Assembly (NCBI GenBank): GCA_039799905.1
Contig: JBDLRP010000021.1
Location: 32,001-96,000 of the forward strand
Direction: 5' to 3'
From: Pseudomonadota bacterium
GTDB lineage: Bacteria; Bdellovibrionota_B; Oligoflexia; Silvanigrellales; Silvanigrellaceae
Length of the DNA: 64,000 nucleotides
Shown: piece by piece, positions 59,413 to 64,000 of the stretch
Layout: each line of letters starts with the position of its first letter
Numbering within the stretch: position 1 is the first letter of the stretch
Notes under the pieces: model-generated
Databases searched by the model: none
The model's input: the letters and a program-made list of their open reading frames with translations, nothing else
What the model was told of the DNA's origin: nothing
Translations under genes and position numbers: made by a program

Positions 59413-60441
59413 ATGCAGTTTGTAAAATACATACTACGCATGGCGACGATTATCTTCATTGCAGCTTCGCACGCCGCAGAGGCCGGAGAAATCAGACTGA
59501 GCATCCCGTTTCAATCGGAAGATGCGATGGTTGCTCAGCATTTAAATTTGGGCTTGGCTTTTCAAGCATATGGCGACCAAAACCGTGCGATGACTTTTTT
59601 AAAGGCGGCATCTCTTGGCGCGAGGTCCCCGCAAATGCATTTGGTTCCAGATTTGGCCATAGCACGAATTTATCTGTCTGAAGGTGTCTACCGTACGGCC
59701 TTTCCGATTCTTGCGGATCTTTATGAGCGAACAAAAATCCTTCCCGCATTCGGTCAATCGATCAGCGCTGCAGCACTGCTGCTCTTGGCTGAAACCACCG
59801 CACGCAATTACGACCTCAACCAACTGCGCGCTGCGGCCGACGATCTCATGCAGTTCGAGGCGACTGCCGCCGACCTGTCGGCAGTCCAACATGAAATTCA
59901 CTCAACTGGACAATACTATCTGGCGATGCTCTCCAAGTTTAATGGTAATGAAAAACTCTCCGAGCCACTGCGAAAAGCTCTCGAGAATAAATCTGATGAA
60001 AAGCAAAAAGCAAAAGCGGTTTCTCTGTCACCGGACTTCATTGCCAAATCTCAAAATCTTTTGAACGAAAAATCTGTCAACAACTTGGAAGACAATCTCA
60101 AGTCGCCAGTCGTCGCCACCTTGCTGTCCGCTGTCGTCCCCGGCTCAGGACACGTATACGTCGGTCGTTGGCAAAATGGTTTGAGCGCGCTCTTCTTTAC
60201 ACTGGGAACTGCCGCTACTTCTCGCTGGGCATTGCTGCGCGGAGAAAAAGCATTCGGCGGAACAATGGCCGGAGTCGCAGGGCTCTTTTATTTGGGCCAA
60301 ATCGCCGGAGCCACCCGCCAAACCATCTTGTCGAACCAGAACACTCTGAAGAATTTTCAAAACGACATTATCGCCAGATACACGCCTAAATCCTCTCTCA
60401 AATTTTCTCCGGACGGGTTGACCTTCACATGGCAGCACTGA
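59413..60441 (+). CDS. Exported TPR-like protein with C-terminal TM2/DUF5683-like membrane domain
   Basis: Signal peptide; helical repeats; KSP..A.LLS.VVPG.G..Y.GRW. Confidence 0.7.
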   Translation: MQFVKYILRMATIIFIAASHAAEAGEIRLSIPFQSEDAMVAQHLNLGLAFQAYGDQNRAMTFLKAASLGARSPQMHLVPDLAIARIYLSEGVYRTAFPILADLYERTKILPAFGQSISAAALLLLAETTARNYDLNQLRAAADDLMQFEATAADLSAVQHEIHSTGQYYLAMLSKFNGNEKLSEPLRKALENKSDEKQKAKAVSLSPDFIAKSQNLLNEKSVNNLEDNLKSPVVATLLSAVVPGSGHVYVGRWQNGLSALFFTLGTAATSRWALLRGEKAFGGTMAGVAGLFYLGQIAGATRQTILSNQNTLKNFQNDIIARYTPKSSLKFSPDGLTFTWQH

Positions 60442-61391
60442 TTCCTTCATCCCCTCCGCCTGCCGACCATACAATCAAGGTTGAAATTGTCAGCAAGCTG
60501 GATGAGGTTAAAATCGACGAGCTGAAACTGGGAGACGAGTATCCTTCACTGTATCGCGTGCTCGAGCTGTTTCCCTCCCTCGCTGGCAACGCGATCAGGC
60601 AGCGCCTTTCGCTCAAAACACAAATGACGTGCAATACCAAGCGCAACACAGGGAGCGAAGCACTTGGGGTGCAGTTCAACAATTGCCTACTTTCACACGA
60701 CAAAACGGGCGCTCTTTGGAATGCCGCTGCCAAAAGGCTTGCTGCACTTTGTTCGGCGGCCTCGGAGCCGACTCTCTCAAAAACAAACGCTTGCAACTTT
60801 CTTTTCTCATCTGCTGCGGGCAACACCTTGGCGGGCGCACCGTTTCGCAGAATCCCGCAAGGACAATGCCTGTGGCAAGGCGACAAGCAGCTTTCACCGT
60901 CAACTGCCGGCGCTGCAGACGACGCCAAGGTTCGCACTCTCGCCGAACGGAGACGTGAAAATCTGTCGAACCATCTCGCAACACGCCCGCTCTATATCCT
61001 TGGGCGTGCCGACGAACTCAGGGTTGCGAAATCTTTTAAAGGTGAATCTCTGCACAACAAAGGTGAGCCGTCCCAAGATGAAGTCAGCGCTGGTCAATTG
61101 TGGAGTGAATTTTTGTTCGGCGGTTCGCTGCCCACGCACGGCTCAGACGGCTCTGCCTACAAAATTAAAGTAAGTCTGCTGTCGCAGCCGCAAATCCGCA
61201 GCGTCGGACTGGACGATGTTGTTTGCGGAGTTCGCGATGGGCAATCAAATATTGAATTTTCGCAGATCGCATTGAGGATCGATTTCTCAAAAAACAAATT
61301 TCGGCTGAAAGGCGACTTCATGTTCAGCCAGAAGCTATCGTCAACGGTGTCATCAGATTTTTCGAAGACCCAGGCAGCCCATAAAAATTAA
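60429..61391 (+). CDS. Hypothetical protein
   Basis: 320 aa ORF overlapping the upstream gene end; Cys-containing; no motif recognised. Confidence 0.5.
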   Translation: MAALIPSSPPPADHTIKVEIVSKLDEVKIDELKLGDEYPSLYRVLELFPSLAGNAIRQRLSLKTQMTCNTKRNTGSEALGVQFNNCLLSHDKTGALWNAAAKRLAALCSAASEPTLSKTNACNFLFSSAAGNTLAGAPFRRIPQGQCLWQGDKQLSPSTAGAADDAKVRTLAERRRENLSNHLATRPLYILGRADELRVAKSFKGESLHNKGEPSQDEVSAGQLWSEFLFGGSLPTHGSDGSAYKIKVSLLSQPQIRSVGLDDVVCGVRDGQSNIEFSQIALRIDFSKNKFRLKGDFMFSQKLSSTVSSDFSKTQAAHKN

Positions 61392-61452
61392 GCGACCGAA
61401 ATGAGTTCTCGAAGTTACGTCCCTGACAGCTCGGTCAGTCCGGATAGTTCTC

Positions 61453-61842
61453 TCAATACGGCTGATAGCTCTTTTCTTCGGCGTAGGCAGATCCCATTTC
61501 TTTGTTGATTAGCGCCTTCACCTGAAATCGCTTGTCGTTGGTGACGTACACGGCGCGGGCAAGTTCGATGAACTGTTGGTCGAACGACTTCGCACGCTCT
61601 TTGTCGCGGATGTCGTCTTCGATGACCCAAAGCGATTCGTTGATTTTCTTCAGCTCACTAACCAGCGCGTGCGAAACGTTGATTTGGTGCTTGCCGCAGG
61701 TTGCGAGCAGCGCGTCGAGCTCTTTGCGGATGTTGAGCAACTTCGCCTGATCTTTGATCCGCTCGCTTTTGATTTGCAGAATGGTGATTTTGTCGAGCAG
61801 CTCGCCTACGGACACGGGAACAAGAACTTCGGAATTGCCCAC
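61453..61842 (-). CDS. DUF6165 family protein
   Basis: PVSVGELLDKITIL.IK, LW.IED.IR, LAR.VY.TND.R, EEKSY; GTG start with GAGG RBS. Confidence 0.85.
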   Translation of the reverse strand: MGNSEVLVPVSVGELLDKITILQIKSERIKDQAKLLNIRKELDALLATCGKHQINVSHALVSELKKINESLWVIEDDIRDKERAKSFDQQFIELARAVYVTNDKRFQVKALINKEMGSAYAEEKSYQPY

Positions 61843-61880
61843 AAAACACCTCTCACAAAATTTAAATTGGCATCGCCCCG

Positions 61881-62750
61881 TCAACCTCCGCCCAACGGTG
61901 ACGACTGACGCGGATCGAGAACGACCCGCAATGCTTCGCCCAGAAAATTAAGCGACAAAACCAGACTCAGCATCGACAGCGACGGGAAAATAGCCATATG
62001 CGGCGATTCTATCAAGTAGGCACGCGCCTCGCTCAGAAGGCCGCCCCAGCTGACGTGGCCATCGCCCAGTCCGAGACCCAAAAAACTCAGTCCGGCTTCG
62101 GCCAGAATAGCTCCCGCCATGGTGAAGGTTGAATGCACTGTCAGCGGAGATACCACGGACGGCAACAAATGACGGAATATAATTCGCGCCGGGGTTGCTC
62201 CAAGTGCCGTTGCAGCAACAACGAAATCAGCATTTTTCAAAGCCCTGAATTGTGCGCGGACTATTTTTGCGGAACCTATCCAGCCGCCTGCGCAAAGAGC
62301 AAAAATGATGGTCCAAAGTCCGCCTCCAAAAAAAACAGCTATAGCCAAGGGCAAAACCAACGGTGGAAAGGCCAAAAGAACATCCATGACCCTTCCGACA
62401 AGCGCATCTGAACGTCCGCCGAAATAGCCCGCCACAGCTCCCAAAGGCACACCAACCATCAGGGCTCCAAGCACAGTTGCGCCGCCGACAACCAGCGACA
62501 CCCCGGCTCCGTTTATAATCTGTAAAAGTATGCTCGAACCAACGGTATCATAGCCAAAAAATCCAAGCGGTTGTGAAAAATCAACCATTGGCGGTTGGCG
62601 GGTTTTGGGAAGATCGATCTCTACGTACGCCAGTTCAGGAAAGAGCACGGGCAAGAACGAAACTGCACCCCAAAAGAATACTACGAAAAGACTGACGAGA
62701 GTGAGCCTGTCACGTCTTATTTGCTGCATCAGCGTGATGTTTAATTTCAT
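61881..62750 (-). CDS. Peptide/nickel ABC transporter permease (DppC/OppC-like)
   Basis: D..L.AFP, FV.AA.ALGA..RIIFRHLLP, EAGLSFLGLG. Confidence 0.92.
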   Translation of the reverse strand: MKLNITLMQQIRRDRLTLVSLFVVFFWGAVSFLPVLFPELAYVEIDLPKTRQPPMVDFSQPLGFFGYDTVGSSILLQIINGAGVSLVVGGATVLGALMVGVPLGAVAGYFGGRSDALVGRVMDVLLAFPPLVLPLAIAVFFGGGLWTIIFALCAGGWIGSAKIVRAQFRALKNADFVVAATALGATPARIIFRHLLPSVVSPLTVHSTFTMAGAILAEAGLSFLGLGLGDGHVSWGGLLSEARAYLIESPHMAIFPSLSMLSLVLSLNFLGEALRVVLDPRQSSPLGGG

Positions 62751-63667
62751 TCCGTCACCGTGCGCGGATCAATCAGCCGCTGCAGAAGGTCAATGATTGC
62801 TGAAATCACAACATGAATGAACGCAAGAACCACAACGCAGGCAGAAACCAAATTGTAGTCGCGCTGATTGACACCTTCGAGCATAAGTGTGCCCAAGCCG
62901 GGCCATGTAAAAACCTGTTCGGTAATGACAGCACCGCCGAGCAGTCCTGCAAGCTGCAATCCAAGCACGGTGAGGACCGGCAAGAGCGCATTCCGCAGCG
63001 CATGACTGAGGTAGATCCTCAACGCGGGCAGTCCTTTAGCCTTCGCTGTTCGGATGTAGTCTTCGCGCAGGACATCGAGCAATGACGCCCGCACCATGCG
63101 GCTTGTCATCGCAGCCAGGGCTGCCCCCAAACAAAGTGCAGGCAAAATCAGCGAACGAAAGCCGCTGTGTCCGGTCAGCGGCAAAACGTTCCACCGGACG
63201 GCAAACAGCCAGAGCAAGAGCGTTCCTGTCATAAAAACCGGGGCTGAAACCATCAAAAGAGAAAACAGGGCAAACACCTTATCCAAAAGTGTTCCGGCCT
63301 TCACCGCAGCAGAAACACCCAAAATCAGCGCCAGACAAAGCGATACTGCAAACGCGGACACAGCAAGTTTGGCAGTTGATTGCAAGCGAATGGAAAGTTG
63401 CGGTGCGATTGGCCGTCCGTCGACAAGTCTGCGGCCAAAATCACCTTGCGCGATTCCTTGCAAATACTCGACGTACTGTTGAGATATGGGCCTGTCGAAT
63501 CCATTCTGGCGGAGCCACTCCTGCTTTTGCACCAAGGGCGCATCAGGCCCCAGTATGGCGTCCGCCGGCGTTCCCGGTATCATCCGCTGGATGAAAAAAA
63601 TTACAGTCACCACAGAAAAAATTACAAAAAAAAGTCGAAAAAGTATTTTGGCAACGGCCGCCAGCAT
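62747..63667 (-). CDS. Peptide/nickel ABC transporter permease (DppB/OppB-like)
   Basis: PG.PA, EDYIRTAKAKG, HALRNA, GAVITE.VF.WPGLG. Confidence 0.93.
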   Translation of the reverse strand: MLAAVAKILFRLFFVIFSVVTVIFFIQRMIPGTPADAILGPDAPLVQKQEWLRQNGFDRPISQQYVEYLQGIAQGDFGRRLVDGRPIAPQLSIRLQSTAKLAVSAFAVSLCLALILGVSAAVKAGTLLDKVFALFSLLMVSAPVFMTGTLLLWLFAVRWNVLPLTGHSGFRSLILPALCLGAALAAMTSRMVRASLLDVLREDYIRTAKAKGLPALRIYLSHALRNALLPVLTVLGLQLAGLLGGAVITEQVFTWPGLGTLMLEGVNQRDYNLVSACVVVLAFIHVVISAIIDLLQRLIDPRTVTE

Positions 63668-63671
63668 CGCT

Positions 63672-64000
63672 TTATCTTTTCTCGGTGGATGAAAGTGAGG
63701 TGTAGCGACCGTCAGGATAAATCTTGAATCCGGTAACACTCTTGCGTGTTACGACGTGGCCCACCCTGTGCCACAGAAAAACGTAGGGAATATCGTCAGC
63801 AATCATTTCCTGCGCTTGTTTATATAACTTCTGCCTGATGGAGAGACTGCTTTCCGATTTTGCCTTGTCGAGAAGCTCGTCCAGCTTCTGGTTTGCATAG
63901 GCTCCTCGGTTTGCGCCCTGCGGCGGAACGCGCGAAGAATGAAAAACAAAGTGCAGGTGGTCGCCGTCCTTGTAACCGGTCCACGGGGCAATCCAAGCCT
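63672..64000 (-). CDS. ABC transporter substrate-binding protein, family 5 (C-terminal fragment)
   Basis: Manual translation: FHSSRVPPQGANRGAYANQKLDELLDKA...RQKLYKQAQEMIADDIPYVFLW...stop at 63672. Confidence 0.88.
   Translation of the reverse strand, partial: AWIAPWTGYKDGDHLHFVFHSSRVPPQGANRGAYANQKLDELLDKAKSESSLSIRQKLYKQAQEMIADDIPYVFLWHRVGHVVTRKSVTGFKIYPDGRYTSLSSTEKR

Noticed and set aside
52254..61391. Genomic island integrated at tRNA-Thr
   Set aside because: Genes look accessory but I found no integrase and no duplicated tRNA 3' end
1..64000. CRISPR array, IS element, integrase or prophage
   Set aside because: No regularly spaced repeats and no transposase, recombinase or phage structural motifs recognised

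Overview
Bacterial chromosomal segment, gene-dense, with no CRISPR array, rRNA, integrase or transposase that I could recognise. The gene content (GYF-domain protein, CxxCH/DUF1585-like secreted pair, Tad pilus, cdaA-cdaR-glmM alongside lolA and lgt, many secreted proteases and beta-barrels, sigma28-like promoters) suggests a Gram-negative Bdellovibrionota (Oligoflexia/Silvanigrellales-like) organism; this is inference only. Housekeeping genes: fabG, rsmB-family methyltransferase, der, cca, pruA, ribA, lolA, cdaA-cdaR-glmM, trpD, lgt, HU, proC, a dpp/opp-type ABC transporter and three tRNAs (Leu-TAA, Phe-GAA, Thr-CGT). Most notable: (1) a six-gene operon behind a sigma28-like promoter (DAG-kinase-family enzyme, acyl-ACP-reductase-like fusion, BtaA-like DUF3419, LolA-like carrier, beta-barrel, matrixin) that looks like an uncharacterised lipid synthesis and export system; (2) an intact DUF692/DUF2063 pair and an intact TrpC-like gene that appear to have lost their catalytic residues; (3) three separate beta-barrel plus zinc-protease cassettes; (4) a divergent Tad locus with an in-frame DUF192-secretin fusion; (5) a lipoprotein gene bracketed by direct repeats; (6) a protease whose candidate RBS and start codon lie in the 3' end of tRNA-Thr. 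All family calls come from motif recognition by eye, not from database searches.
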